Of a stretch of DNA of 64,000 nt, positions 1 to 9,357 are shown piece by piece; the first letter of the stretch is position 1, and each line of letters starts with the position of its first letter. Location: assembly GCA_963787835.1 (NCBI GenBank), contig CAWBEI010000002.1, forward strand, positions 928,001-992,000, written 5' to 3'. This DNA comes from Ignavibacteriota bacterium. Lineage in GTDB: Bacteria; Bacteroidota; Ignavibacteria; Palsa-1295. Made by a program: the position numbers and the translations under genes. The notes beneath the pieces are model-generated. The model was given only the letters and a program-made list of their open reading frames with translations. It did no database searches and was not told the DNA's origin.

Positions 1-216
1 GGCCTGACGAAGTGTTTCCCGAAGGATAGGCAGAATGCTGCGAACATGCGCGCGCGATGCAAGCTCCGGCACCACGCCGCCGAATTTATCGTGGAAGAAT
101 TGGGAGGATACTACGACGGATGCGAGTTCACCGTCGCGCAGGATGGCAGCGCTCGTTTCATCACACGATGTTTCGATGCCGAGGATACATCCGCTTTGTG
201 AAATGGCAAGACTCAC
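1..216 (-). CDS. tsaD: tRNA N6-threonylcarbamoyltransferase TsaD, N-terminal part (runs off window edge)
   Basis: Manual translation from GTG at 216 gives ...[14 protein letters not shown]...[21 protein letters not shown], the TsaD/Kae1 signature. The start overlaps the uvrC stop (GTGA). Not in the ORF track. Confidence 0.93.
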   Translation of the reverse strand, partial: MSLAISQSGCILGIETSCDETSAAILRDGELASVVVSSQFFHDKFGGVVPELASRAHVRSILPILRETLRQA

Positions 217-2300
217 TCGATCACCTCCACCACAATTTCATTCTCCAGCTCTTGATTGTCGGCATCGCCCGCTGATTCCGCCAGCGCTTTATCCTTGAAA
301 TAGTTAACGATAACCTTCATTGCCTTCAGTCCAACCGCAGTGACTAATTCTGGCTCACTCGCCAACTTTACGCCTTCAACGGAGCCAAATCGTTCCAATA
401 GTTTAAGCGCGGTCTTTTTTCCTACGCCAGGAATTTGGGTGAGTTCGGTTTGGAGCGTTCTTCTGTCGCGGAGCTGTCGATGGAAGGTTATTGCAAACCG
501 GTGTGCTTCGTCACGAACATGCTGGAGCAATCTCAAACTGCTGGATGATCGTGGAAGAATGAGCGCTTCCAGCGATGAAGTGGTAAATACTTCCTCCAAC
601 CGCTTTGCAAGGCCGATCATCGGAATGGATGTGAGGTCAAGCTCGGACATGACTTCATACGCGCTGGAAAGCTGCCCTTTACCGCCATCAATAATGATGA
701 GATCGGGCAAATCGGATTTTTCAGCTAATGCACGAATATAGCGCCGTCGGACGACCTCTCGCATAGCAGCAAAATCATCGTTCCCAACGACTGTTTTTAT
801 TTTATATTTTCGATAGTCCTGTTTTTTCGGCTTTCCATCGACAAACACGACCATCGAGCTCACATACTCCGTGCCCTGCAAATGCGAATTATCGAAACAT
901 TCGATGCGGCGCGGCGGGCGTTTCAGATGCAGATCGCGCTCGATCGCTTTCAGCACATGCGGAATGTGATCGGCTTCTTTCATTTTCTGCAGCTTGATCT
1001 CTCCAAGCAGAAAGCGCGCGTTCGCTCGCACCATCTCCATCAATTTTGCTTTCTCGCCGATCTTGGGATGGACAATATTCGGCGGTTTCATCGCTCCTGC
1101 TTCTTCATCGACAGAAAGCTCCCGAGCGCGGCGGCCAAGCCAGGCTATGAGTGTGTCTTCATCTTCCAATTCAAGTGGCAAGAGAATTTCTTCTGGAATA
1201 TATTCAGCAACGGAATAATATTGCTCGATGAGTGCTGATAGAATTTCCGCGTCCGGCTTTCCTTCGATGTTGGTGAAGAAAAAATGCTGCTTGCCGATGA
1301 GTTTTCCATCGCGGACTTTGAAGACAATGCCACAGGCGTCATCATCCTCGTGTGCAAGCGCAAAAATATCGCGGTCGATGTCTTCATCCGTCACGACTTT
1401 TTGCTTGCTGGCGTAATCCTCCAATATTTTTAATTGATCGCGAATCTTGCCAGCTTCTTCGAATCGCATTTCTTCGGAAAGTCGTACAATATCAGCCTTC
1501 AGTGCCTGCTCCACATCCCGTGTGCGGCCAGCGAGCAGCTTCCGCACTTTATCGATCATTGCGCGATAATGTTCCTGCGTGACTAATCCCTCACACGGGC
1601 CTTCACATTTCTTGATGTGAAATTCAAGGCAAACCTTTACTTTACCTCGCAAAATTAACTGCTCGTCGATATAATAATCGCAGGTTCGAATGGGAAAAAT
1701 GTCACGAAGCGTTTTTAGGAGATAGCGCAGATAGCCGGCTTCCGTATAAGGCCCATAATATTTCGATCCATCGCGGATCTTTCTGCGCGTTGAAAAAACA
1801 CGGGGATAAGGCTCGTTGGTAACGACGACATAAGGATATGTTTTATCATCCTTGAGATTGACATTATATCTCGGTTTCAGCTTTTTTATCAGCGTATTCT
1901 CGAGAATGAGCGCTTCGACATCGCTATCGGTGAGGATCACTTCAACATCGGCGATTTTCGATACGAGTGCGCGGAACTTTCCATCGCCGACACCACGGCG
2001 ATAATTCAAAAAGTACGAGCGAACTCGGTTCCGAAGCACCTTTGCCTTACCCACATAGATCACGCGGCCCGCGCCATTCTTAAACTGATAGACGCCCGGG
2101 TCTTTCGGCAACGAATCGAGCTTTTCTTCGAGTGTCAGATCATCGGCGGTAACCGAAAGATGAATATGCGCGCCAAAGGTCGCAATATCAATTGCGTCCT
2201 CTTCTTGTTCGAGTTCGTCATCGTGAAAGGGGATCTGATCGAATTCGTCGGGATTCGATGGTGAGTGCAGATCATCCATCGGGACAGATTTTTCCTCCAT
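213..2300 (-). CDS. uvrC: Excinuclease ABC subunit C
   Basis: GIY-YIG N-terminus ([23 protein letters not shown]), [27 protein letters not shown]-terminal HhH. Confidence 0.98.
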   Translation of the reverse strand: MEEKSVPMDDLHSPSNPDEFDQIPFHDDELEQEEDAIDIATFGAHIHLSVTADDLTLEEKLDSLPKDPGVYQFKNGAGRVIYVGKAKVLRNRVRSYFLNYRRGVGDGKFRALVSKIADVEVILTDSDVEALILENTLIKKLKPRYNVNLKDDKTYPYVVVTNEPYPRVFSTRRKIRDGSKYYGPYTEAGYLRYLLKTLRDIFPIRTCDYYIDEQLILRGKVKVCLEFHIKKCEGPCEGLVTQEHYRAMIDKVRKLLAGRTRDVEQALKADIVRLSEEMRFEEAGKIRDQLKILEDYASKQKVVTDEDIDRDIFALAHEDDDACGIVFKVRDGKLIGKQHFFFTNIEGKPDAEILSALIEQYYSVAEYIPEEILLPLELEDEDTLIAWLGRRARELSVDEEAGAMKPPNIVHPKIGEKAKLMEMVRANARFLLGEIKLQKMKEADHIPHVLKAIERDLHLKRPPRRIECFDNSHLQGTEYVSSMVVFVDGKPKKQDYRKYKIKTVVGNDDFAAMREVVRRRYIRALAEKSDLPDLIIIDGGKGQLSSAYEVMSELDLTSIPMIGLAKRLEEVFTTSSLEALILPRSSSSLRLLQHVRDEAHRFAITFHRQLRDRRTLQTELTQIPGVGKKTALKLLERFGSVEGVKLASEPELVTAVGLKAMKVIVNYFKDKALAESAGDADNQELENEIVVEVIE

Positions 2301-2713
2301 TACTTGCCCTCCTTTTTAGGGAGGGTTTGGCACAGCTCAACTAACACTCCATTCGTCGATCTGGGATGAAGAAATGCGATGAGCGTATTGTGTGAACCCG
2401 GGCGTGGGGTTTCATCGATGAGCTGAAATCCTTGTCCTTTAAGCCGAGCTAATTCTTTAGCCACGTCTTCCACTTCAAATGCAACATGATGAATGCCTTC
2501 ACCGCGCTTTTCGAGAAATCTTGAAATTGGGGAATCCTCACTGGTAGGCTCGGTCAATTCGACCCTGGCATCGCCAAGCTCGAACGATGCGATTCGTACT
2601 TTTTGATCGGCAACTTCCTCGTGATGGGTGTCAGAAACCCCAAGCAGCTTAGCAAAAAGCTGCTCTGCGCTTTTAAGGTCGCGCACGGCGATGCCGAAAT
2701 GAGAAATCTTCAT
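2300..2713 (-). CDS. mce: Methylmalonyl-CoA epimerase (VOC family)
   Basis: HFGIAV, FLEKRGEGIHHVAF, FLHPRSTNGVLVELCQ motifs. Confidence 0.92.
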   Translation of the reverse strand: MKISHFGIAVRDLKSAEQLFAKLLGVSDTHHEEVADQKVRIASFELGDARVELTEPTSEDSPISRFLEKRGEGIHHVAFEVEDVAKELARLKGQGFQLIDETPRPGSHNTLIAFLHPRSTNGVLVELCQTLPKKEGK

Positions 2714-2752
2714 TGGTGAGATAACAAAGTCCGGTTCTAAAAAAGCGCGGAA

Positions 2753-3133
2753 TCAACTGGCCGCAGCGTCCGCTAAATCCCTTCGAACATGATAAAGCTG
2801 CTCTAAAAATGGCGGGATGTCATTTTCCATGGCCAACCAAAGCAGGTGGTACTCGATGTCATCGTAACCGTGTATCAAACGATTACGCAGATCGGTCGCT
2901 TCACGCCAGGGCATTTCAGGATAGGTACGCTTAAGTTCATCGCTAATTCTTGAAGCAGCTTCGCCGAGCATTTCGTAAAGCTGCATCACGGCATACATTG
3001 TGACCCAATCATCCTCCAACACTTCTTCTGAAATGCTGTTCGTCAATTCTGCAAGTTTTTCGCAGAACTCGATCATGTGATTAACCCGATATCTATCGCT
3101 ATCCCGTGTAGATAGGGTGGGCATTTTGTACAA
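2753..3133 (-). CDS. HepT-like (DUF86) HEPN ribonuclease toxin
   Basis: GEAA, PW and RNRLIHGY (RX4HXY) motif; overlaps upstream MNT gene. Confidence 0.88.
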   Translation of the reverse strand: MYKMPTLSTRDSDRYRVNHMIEFCEKLAELTNSISEEVLEDDWVTMYAVMQLYEMLGEAASRISDELKRTYPEMPWREATDLRNRLIHGYDDIEYHLLWLAMENDIPPFLEQLYHVRRDLADAAAS

Positions 3134-3395
3134 CCTCGTTTCGGAAGGCTCGGTTTAGGAAACCGGCCGTGTTAAGATCCACACGTCTCCCAAAAACCTC
3201 CCCAAGTTCGCGCTGGAGACGCTCTAAGCCGAAAAGTCCGACCTTTGACTCCGGCTTAAATTCGACGAGGAGATCGAGATCGCTCGTAGGTTTGTCTTCT
3301 CCTTTCAATACCGATCCAAAAACCGCCAGCCGTTGCACATAATAGTCACGGCACAGCGTTTCAAGGCGATTTTGATCGTAGATAAGCGGTTTCAC
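3099..3395 (-). CDS. MntA-like minimal nucleotidyltransferase antitoxin
   Basis: FGSVLKGEDKPTSDLDLLV (GSX10DXD), VDL motif, ~98 aa. Confidence 0.88.
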   Translation of the reverse strand: MKPLIYDQNRLETLCRDYYVQRLAVFGSVLKGEDKPTSDLDLLVEFKPESKVGLFGLERLQRELGEVFGRRVDLNTAGFLNRAFRNEVVQNAHPIYTG

Positions 3396-3464
3396 GCTTG
3401 TAATACAATCATTTGTTCAAAAATGTTTTGTTCCAGATCAAACGGAAGTATTTTTGTAGTGTCA

Positions 3465-4688
3465 ATGTCGCCTACCCGCAAAATATCGATCTTTCCGCTG
3501 ATGGCCGTGAGCTTTATCAGCATGCTCGGCTATGGGATCGTGCTGCCATCGCTGGTGTATGTGGTAAAGTTATTTCACGGCAGTGATTTTCTCTATGGCG
3601 CAGTTGGTGCGTGCTATTCGGCCTGCCAATTTTTCGGAGCGCCGTTGCTGGGCAAGCTCTCGGATCGTTTTGGGCGCAAGAAAATTTTATTTCTGAGTGT
3701 GTTTGGCTCAGCAGTTGCCTGGATATTATTTATCGTTGCGTTTAAGTTGCCGATGACGATCATGGGTACGTTTACTACTTCGATGACGGGCGCGGTGTCC
3801 ATTACATTGCCAATGCTGTGCATCTTTATCGCTCGCAGCTTCGATGGACTAACCGCTGGTGATGTTTCCGTTGCGAATGCCTACGTTGCAGACATTACAA
3901 CACTGGAAGAACGCAAAGCAGATTTCGGCAAGATGGGTGTGGCTGGAAATCTGGGATTTATTCTTGGACCCGCACTTGCCGGTGTGCTGGCACAAACATC
4001 GTTTGGACTGAACTTGCCGATCTTCGTCGCACTTGGCACGTCTATTTTTGCACTCCTGCTGATCATCTTTGTTCTTCCGGAATCACATCCAAACAAGAAT
4101 AAGGAGGGAAGCGACAAATCCAAATCCATGACGCTCCGACAAGCACTTGCAACGGATCATGTGCCACTGTTGCTTGCAATCTATTTCGTATTCTTCCTTG
4201 CATTCAGCTTGTTCGTCGCGGCATTTCCGCTCTATGCGACGGAATCGCTCCATTGGTCTATCACAGAAACGGGAATTTTCTTTTCCGTGCTATCTGTCGT
4301 GATTGTTATCACCGAAGGGCCGATCCTCTCCTGGTTCAATAAGCGAGCGACTGCTGAGTCACTCACGATCTGGGGAACATTCATTGTCGTGCTAAGTTAT
4401 GTTTCTTTACTCGTGCCAAGCCCTGTATTCGCTTATTCAGCGGCAGTGCTTTATGCGCTCGGTAATGGCTTGATGTGGCCATCGTTCCTCTCGCTTCTTT
4501 CTGATCGCGCAGGAGAATCGAATCAGGGTTATATACAAGGACTGGGTAACAGCGCAGGTTCACTGGCTTCGATCGGAGGATTGCTTGTGGGAGGGATCCT
4601 CTTTACTGCGATGAAGGGAAATGTGTTTATCGTGCAGGCGGTGCTGGTTGCGATCGTCTTCGGGATGGCATTCCGGCTACGACGCTGA
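3465..4688 (+). CDS. MFS drug/H+ antiporter (TetA/DHA1-like)
   Basis: ~12 hydrophobic segments, motif A GKLSDRFGRK, motif C GFILGPALAG; ATG 3465 preferred to the ORF-track start, which overlaps the MNT gene. Confidence 0.88.
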   Translation: MSPTRKISIFPLMAVSFISMLGYGIVLPSLVYVVKLFHGSDFLYGAVGACYSACQFFGAPLLGKLSDRFGRKKILFLSVFGSAVAWILFIVAFKLPMTIMGTFTTSMTGAVSITLPMLCIFIARSFDGLTAGDVSVANAYVADITTLEERKADFGKMGVAGNLGFILGPALAGVLAQTSFGLNLPIFVALGTSIFALLLIIFVLPESHPNKNKEGSDKSKSMTLRQALATDHVPLLLAIYFVFFLAFSLFVAAFPLYATESLHWSITETGIFFSVLSVVIVITEGPILSWFNKRATAESLTIWGTFIVVLSYVSLLVPSPVFAYSAAVLYALGNGLMWPSFLSLLSDRAGESNQGYIQGLGNSAGSLASIGGLLVGGILFTAMKGNVFIVQAVLVAIVFGMAFRLRR

Positions 4689-5048
4689 AGGCCGATACAT
4701 TACCACATCCACTTTTTCCAACGTCACCATTCCTCCGCCGATCATTTCCTCCAGATCAGGCATGACGCTACGTATCTTCGATTCGCGATCGACCACCTCA
4801 ATAATGATTGGTAGATCGCTCGAAAGATATTCCGATAGAATATTTCGCGCCTTGGCACTTGCACCAAATCCGGCAATGGCGCGAACAACGGTGCATCCGG
4901 CAAGACCGCGCGCGCGGAAATCGTTCAGCAATGCTTCCCAAAGTGGCTTGCCCTTGAACTTGCCCTGAGCGGCTTTATCGGACTCTCCGATGAAGATACG
5001 CATGAGCATCCAGGGATCGTTCGGATCGTTTTTGGTAAATGAATCCAT
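4677..5048 (-). CDS. DUF190 family (PII-like) protein
   Basis: RIFIGESD, GLAGCTVVRAIAGFG, LSSDLPIIIEVVD; directly follows crcB, a typical pairing. Confidence 0.88.
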   Translation of the reverse strand: MDSFTKNDPNDPWMLMRIFIGESDKAAQGKFKGKPLWEALLNDFRARGLAGCTVVRAIAGFGASAKARNILSEYLSSDLPIIIEVVDRESKIRSVMPDLEEMIGGGMVTLEKVDVVMYRPSAS

Positions 5049-5049
5049 A

Positions 5050-5424
5050 TTACAATGCCATTTCCGCAAGTGCAAATCCGGCGAGGCACGCGAGCGGTGC
5101 GAACAGAACGGTCGAACCCATATAACAGAATGCAATACCGAATTGCCGTTGCATCATCAGGGTTACAAATTCGTAGGAGAAGGTACTCATCGTCGTGTAG
5201 CCGCCGCAGAAACCCGTTGTGAGCATCAGCCGCATTTCCGGTGAAGATGCTACACCCGTTAAATACCGCATGAGAAAACCCAGCGCAAGGGAACCCGTAA
5301 CGTTGATCACGAGTGTGGCCCATGGGAAAGGCGTGGTGCTCCATCCGGAGATCCAATGCCCGAGCGCGTAACGCCCGATCACTCCGGCAACGCCGCCTAA
5401 CGCGAGAAACAAATATGGCTTGAT
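5050..5424 (-). CDS. crcB: Fluoride efflux channel Fluc/CrcB (start uncertain)
   Basis: GG..G..GRY, FPWATLVINVTGS, TTGFCGGYTTMSTF motifs. No ATG in the expected position (ATC 5424 or TTG 5412). Confidence 0.9.
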   Translation of the reverse strand: MKPYLFLALGGVAGVIGRYALGHWISGWSTTPFPWATLVINVTGSLALGFLMRYLTGVASSPEMRLMLTTGFCGGYTTMSTFSYEFVTLMMQRQFGIAFCYMGSTVLFAPLACLAGFALAEMAL

Positions 5425-5437
5425 CGCTATGATAGTA

Positions 5438-6301
5438 TTAAAACCGATAAGCGAGCGTAAGATTTCCCAAACCCGGTTCAATAACAAAACTTGTGGGCTT
5501 TGCATCGTTCGTGCTGAGGTCATAATGTTCTGTTTGATTCACGACCCAATAGCCCGTAACCGAACCGATCACGCCGCCCAAAAATGTATCGGAAAGCCAA
5601 TGTTTGTCTGTGTACATGCGGCTATACATAGTGAGTCCAACCAGCGAATAAAGTCCCGCCGTGGCGTAGGGATTGTCGATCTCAGCGGCGAGCGTGGAGG
5701 ATAGTGCAGCCGCAACAGTTACGTGTCCCGATGGGAGCGAATTCCACGCATCATTCAGGGTGAACCCATGATAGACATTAGGACCATTATTATTATAAGG
5801 CCTCTCGCGTCCGAAAATTACTTTGAGAAGCGTCGTCGTAATTCCGGCATACGCGAAGGACTCCACAACGTCACGACCCATTAGCCGAATTTTCGAATCG
5901 TCCGAAAAAAGTCCAATGGAATACAGCGACAGAGCAGAAAGCGCTGTTGCATATCCGTTCCCGTAAAAATTATCGCCGAACTGCGAAATACTATTCCCAA
6001 CATTGCTCTGATTCCTTTGAAATAATTTGCGAACGTTGTTATCGACAGTAGCTTCGGAAAGATACGTAACACCTCCAACTGCAGCAACCAGAAGCCAATC
6101 TTTCGCATCCCAATGCAGAGGTTGCTCGAAATAGCTCACGCCATCATATGCGCCTTCTTTGATGTCGTGCCAGAGGATGTGGGATTTTGAAAGGGTATCG
6201 AGAAGTGAGAGTTGCGGATGTGCGCTTGAGTCAATATTCTGCGCTGAAACCCTCCCAGATGTCACTGCAAAAAAGATGATCAGAAGTAGAGCAATACGCA
6301 T
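5438..6301 (-). CDS. PAP2 family phosphatase with signal peptide
   Basis: KVIFGRERP, PSGH, SRMYTDKHWLSD motifs. Confidence 0.9.
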   Translation of the reverse strand: MRIALLLIIFFAVTSGRVSAQNIDSSAHPQLSLLDTLSKSHILWHDIKEGAYDGVSYFEQPLHWDAKDWLLVAAVGGVTYLSEATVDNNVRKLFQRNQSNVGNSISQFGDNFYGNGYATALSALSLYSIGLFSDDSKIRLMGRDVVESFAYAGITTTLLKVIFGRERPYNNNGPNVYHGFTLNDAWNSLPSGHVTVAAALSSTLAAEIDNPYATAGLYSLVGLTMYSRMYTDKHWLSDTFLGGVIGSVTGYWVVNQTEHYDLSTNDAKPTSFVIEPGLGNLTLAYRF

Positions 6302-6305
6302 ATTG

Positions 6306-7520
6306 TTAGCGAACTTCCTCTCCGGAATGAGACCGTAAGAAAAGGATAATCATTCCCCCGGCAACCGAAAGTACCGCGCTATAGCCAAACGCAATAGCAG
6401 TCCCAAATGCCGACCATAGCACACCGACGACAATACTCGAAGCAAAATCGCCGACTCCATTCACCGTAGCGAGGGTTCCGAATGCCATTCCGTGATGTTC
6501 TTCGTTAACAAGTTCTGCAGAGAGTGAATCTTCGAGCGTTTCTTCGAGCGCAACGTTCGTTCCACCAAGGAAAAAGACAAGCGCCATTGTTGCCACACTT
6601 GGTGGAAGCACGATGATACAAACACACATCGCACCCGCCATGAGATAACCGATTGCGAGTAAGATGTTCTTGGGCATTCTATCCGCGAACCAACCTCCGA
6701 TGAACGCAAATCCGGCATAGCACACATTATGCAGAATGTAAAGCCCAACTGCGGCGCTTGCTGCGCCAGCCAGGCCAAGCGTAGGAGTTAACTTTTGTGC
6801 GGCGAGCAGGATGAGCATCGAGTGCGCAAATGCACCAAGACCAAATAGGCCAACGCCAACGAGCATTTTACGAAACTCCGTGGGTAGCAGCCGCAATCGC
6901 TCCCAAAATGGCATGGTTTTTACGGGTAACCGTTCTTTTTCTTTAACGACGAAAGCGATCATTCCTACGGCGATCAATCCGGGAATTAATGTGAGCGCAA
7001 ATACAATCGAATAATTGTGATTAAGAGCTCCGATGAGTACAAATGCACTCGTCGGTCCGACGATGGCGCCGAGCGTATCCATCATGCGCTCGAATCCGAA
7101 GGCACGTCCATACGTCTCCTTGGTGACGGCTGCCGCGAGAATGGCTTTCTTCACTGGACTGCGAACGCCACGCCCAAACCAGGCAAGCGAGCGGCCTATC
7201 AAAATGTGCCACGCTTTCGTAGCCAATCCGAACGAAGCAGTGCCAAGCGCTGTGATCAAATATCCAATGACCAAAATTGGCTTTCTACGCTGGAGCTTAT
7301 CCGTATAATAGCCAGAACCCATTTTGGTGAAGCTCGAAAGACCATCGGAGACTCCCTCGATCACACCGAGCCATGCTGCGGCCACGCCCATCGATGCAAG
7401 GAATGCAGGCAAAAGCGCCGTCGCAATCTCATGCGACATATCAGAAAACAGCGAAGCCAGCCCGATGCCAAGCACCGTGCGGTTCAGCCAATGAATTTTG
7501 CGATTAATGTTCGATGACAT
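6306..7520 (-). CDS. MFS transporter
   Basis: 12-TM pattern, GRAFGFERMMDTLGA, FSDMSHE. Confidence 0.88.
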   Translation of the reverse strand: MSSNINRKIHWLNRTVLGIGLASLFSDMSHEIATALLPAFLASMGVAAAWLGVIEGVSDGLSSFTKMGSGYYTDKLQRRKPILVIGYLITALGTASFGLATKAWHILIGRSLAWFGRGVRSPVKKAILAAAVTKETYGRAFGFERMMDTLGAIVGPTSAFVLIGALNHNYSIVFALTLIPGLIAVGMIAFVVKEKERLPVKTMPFWERLRLLPTEFRKMLVGVGLFGLGAFAHSMLILLAAQKLTPTLGLAGAASAAVGLYILHNVCYAGFAFIGGWFADRMPKNILLAIGYLMAGAMCVCIIVLPPSVATMALVFFLGGTNVALEETLEDSLSAELVNEEHHGMAFGTLATVNGVGDFASSIVVGVLWSAFGTAIAFGYSAVLSVAGGMIILFLRSHSGEEVR

Positions 7521-7547
7521 GTTCTATGTCAAAGAACAGCACACCCA

Positions 7548-8204
7548 CTACTGCGGCTCCCGCTCGCCTCGCACCCATTGATAGACCAATGCTCCCAATA
7601 CCGCGCCAACCATCGGTGCGAGAATATAAAGCCAGAGCGTGCCCGTCGTCCCGCTTGCAATTGCGGGACCAAGCGAGCGAGCGGGGTTCATCGAATCACC
7701 GGTTATTGGCCCTCCCACGAGGGACTCCAGCATCACCGTGGCACCGATCACGAGACCCGCCAATGTTCCCACAGCTCGGGAATCCTTTGCCACACCCATG
7801 ACCACGAACATCAGGACGAACGTCAGGATCACTTCCCAAACAAACGTTTGCAGTAATGGTACATGTGGAACGGTTTCACCATATCCTATCCCATGAGGGA
7901 GCATGAGATATAAGAGGCAGCTGGCAGCACACGATCCGATACTCTGAGCCAGCCAATATTGCCAAACACTTTTGAACGGGAAATGTCGAGTGATAGCAAA
8001 GGCGAGTGTCACCGCAGGATTAAAATGCGCGCCGGAAATATGTCCCAACGTGTAAATCATGGCCATAACGATGAGACCAAATACTACCGAGATCGCGGCA
8101 GGAGAGACCGCACCTGGGAAGCGTTCCGCAACCATCATTGCGCCACAACCGAAAAAAACGATCCCGAACGTACCGATGCCTTCCGCAACCGCGCGTTTTA
8201 GCAT
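7548..8204 (-). CDS. MIP/aquaporin family channel (probable arsenite-conducting aquaglyceroporin)
   Basis: SGAHFNPAVT and SMNPARS NPA boxes; directly after arsC. Confidence 0.9.
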   Translation of the reverse strand: MLKRAVAEGIGTFGIVFFGCGAMMVAERFPGAVSPAAISVVFGLIVMAMIYTLGHISGAHFNPAVTLAFAITRHFPFKSVWQYWLAQSIGSCAASCLLYLMLPHGIGYGETVPHVPLLQTFVWEVILTFVLMFVVMGVAKDSRAVGTLAGLVIGATVMLESLVGGPITGDSMNPARSLGPAIASGTTGTLWLYILAPMVGAVLGALVYQWVRGEREPQ

Positions 8205-8205
8205 A

Positions 8206-8634
8206 TTACGCTACTGCCACGCATTCGACCGTGCACCACTCTTCGATCTTCTTCGCAATAGCATCCCGAACGGCTCGCGTCTGATCCACGCGCTCTTCCC
8301 AGGTACCGGTGAACGTGGAGGGATCCGGGAAATACCAGTGAAGCATTTTTGCGCTTGGAAAGATTGGGCATCGGTCCTCTGCCTCATGGCAAACTGTGAT
8401 CGCATACGCGAACAGCGTTCCACTCTTATAGACATCGAATGCCGAACGGGTCTGTTTACCGCTGATATCGATGCCCATCTCCTTCATTACTTCGATTGCA
8501 AGTGGGTTGATGACAGAGGGTTCCGTGCCGGCGCTTTCGGCTTCGAATTCATCGCCGCACATGCGGTTTAGCAGCGCAGCAGCCATCTGGCTGCGGGCGC
8601 TATTGTGAACGCAGAGGAATAATACTTTTTTCAT
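8206..8634 (-). CDS. arsC: Arsenate reductase, thioredoxin-dependent LMW-PTP type
   Basis: [14 protein letters not shown]-loop, TVC...CP redox cysteines, HW.FPDP. Confidence 0.9.
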   Translation of the reverse strand: MKKVLFLCVHNSARSQMAAALLNRMCGDEFEAESAGTEPSVINPLAIEVMKEMGIDISGKQTRSAFDVYKSGTLFAYAITVCHEAEDRCPIFPSAKMLHWYFPDPSTFTGTWEERVDQTRAVRDAIAKKIEEWCTVECVAVA

Positions 8635-8649
8635 AATGTTTTGATAAAA

Positions 8650-8673
8650 CTATATGCGCGTAAACGCATATAG
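8650..8673. promoter_or_regulatory. Putative ArsR/SmtB operator
   Basis: Perfect inverted repeat CTATATGCG-cgtaaa-CGCATATAG between arsR and arsC. Confidence 0.75.
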
Positions 8674-8695
8674 CGGCACAACTTGTTCCTTCACT

Positions 8696-9049
8696 TCAGC
8701 AACTCCTCTTTATTCTGGCGAGATCTTCTTGAAGTTCCGGCTCTGTCTCAATAGCTTTTTTAACGATCGAAAGGATATGCTTTTGAGACGCTGAAACGGG
8801 TTTATTTAAGGAATAATAAACCCACAGTGCTTGCTTCCGTCCGGTAACAAGTCCCGCGTGACGTAAGATAGAAAGATGGCGGCTGACATTCGTTTGCGTA
8901 AGTCCGGTCGCATCAACAAGATCACATACGCATGTTTCTCCATTGTGTGCAATGAGCGAGGCCAGCCGAAGGCGTACGGGGTCGGCAACCGCTGAAAGCA
9001 GTTCAGTAAGTGATGCGCCAGCTTCGCCATTCGAAGAAATATCTCTCAT
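8696..9049 (-). CDS. arsR: ArsR/SmtB family metalloregulator
   Basis: ADPVRLRL, ETCVCDL As(III)-binding box, VSRHLSILR wHTH; ATG 9049 overlaps the GNAT stop (ATGA). Confidence 0.9.
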   Translation of the reverse strand: MRDISSNGEAGASLTELLSAVADPVRLRLASLIAHNGETCVCDLVDATGLTQTNVSRHLSILRHAGLVTGRKQALWVYYSLNKPVSASQKHILSIVKKAIETEPELQEDLARIKRSC

Positions 9050-9357
9050 GGTGTTTTTTCCCAAACATCGGCATAGTGTTCAGGATGCCGCTCAAACACA
9101 GTTTTAACGTACGGACATGCAGGAACGATCTTTAATGCGTGAGCGCGTGCATGATCTACCATCGCGGCAACCAGCTTAGCTGCAAGTCCCTTGCCACTGC
9201 CGGAGGGTAAGACTTCGGTATGAATCGCTGTCAGTATCGAACCGTGAATTCGAAAGACCAGAAAAGCGATTCGTTCGCCATTCTCCTCGATGAAGAATTC
9301 ACCTTCGCCGTGATTCCCGAATTTAATTTGAACTTCGCTCATAAAAGCTTGCGCCAA
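9046..9357 (-). CDS. Small GNAT acetyltransferase (YjdJ-like)
   Basis: HTEV...GKGLAAKLV, IVPACPYV. Confidence 0.85.
   Translation of the reverse strand: MAQAFMSEVQIKFGNHGEGEFFIEENGERIAFLVFRIHGSILTAIHTEVLPSGSGKGLAAKLVAAMVDHARAHALKIVPACPYVKTVFERHPEHYADVWEKTP

Noticed and set aside
5424-5530. Fluoride riboswitch upstream of crcB; ORF-track start at 5523
   Set aside because: The region is PAP2 coding sequence with no riboswitch consensus; the longer start overlaps PAP2 by 86 nt.
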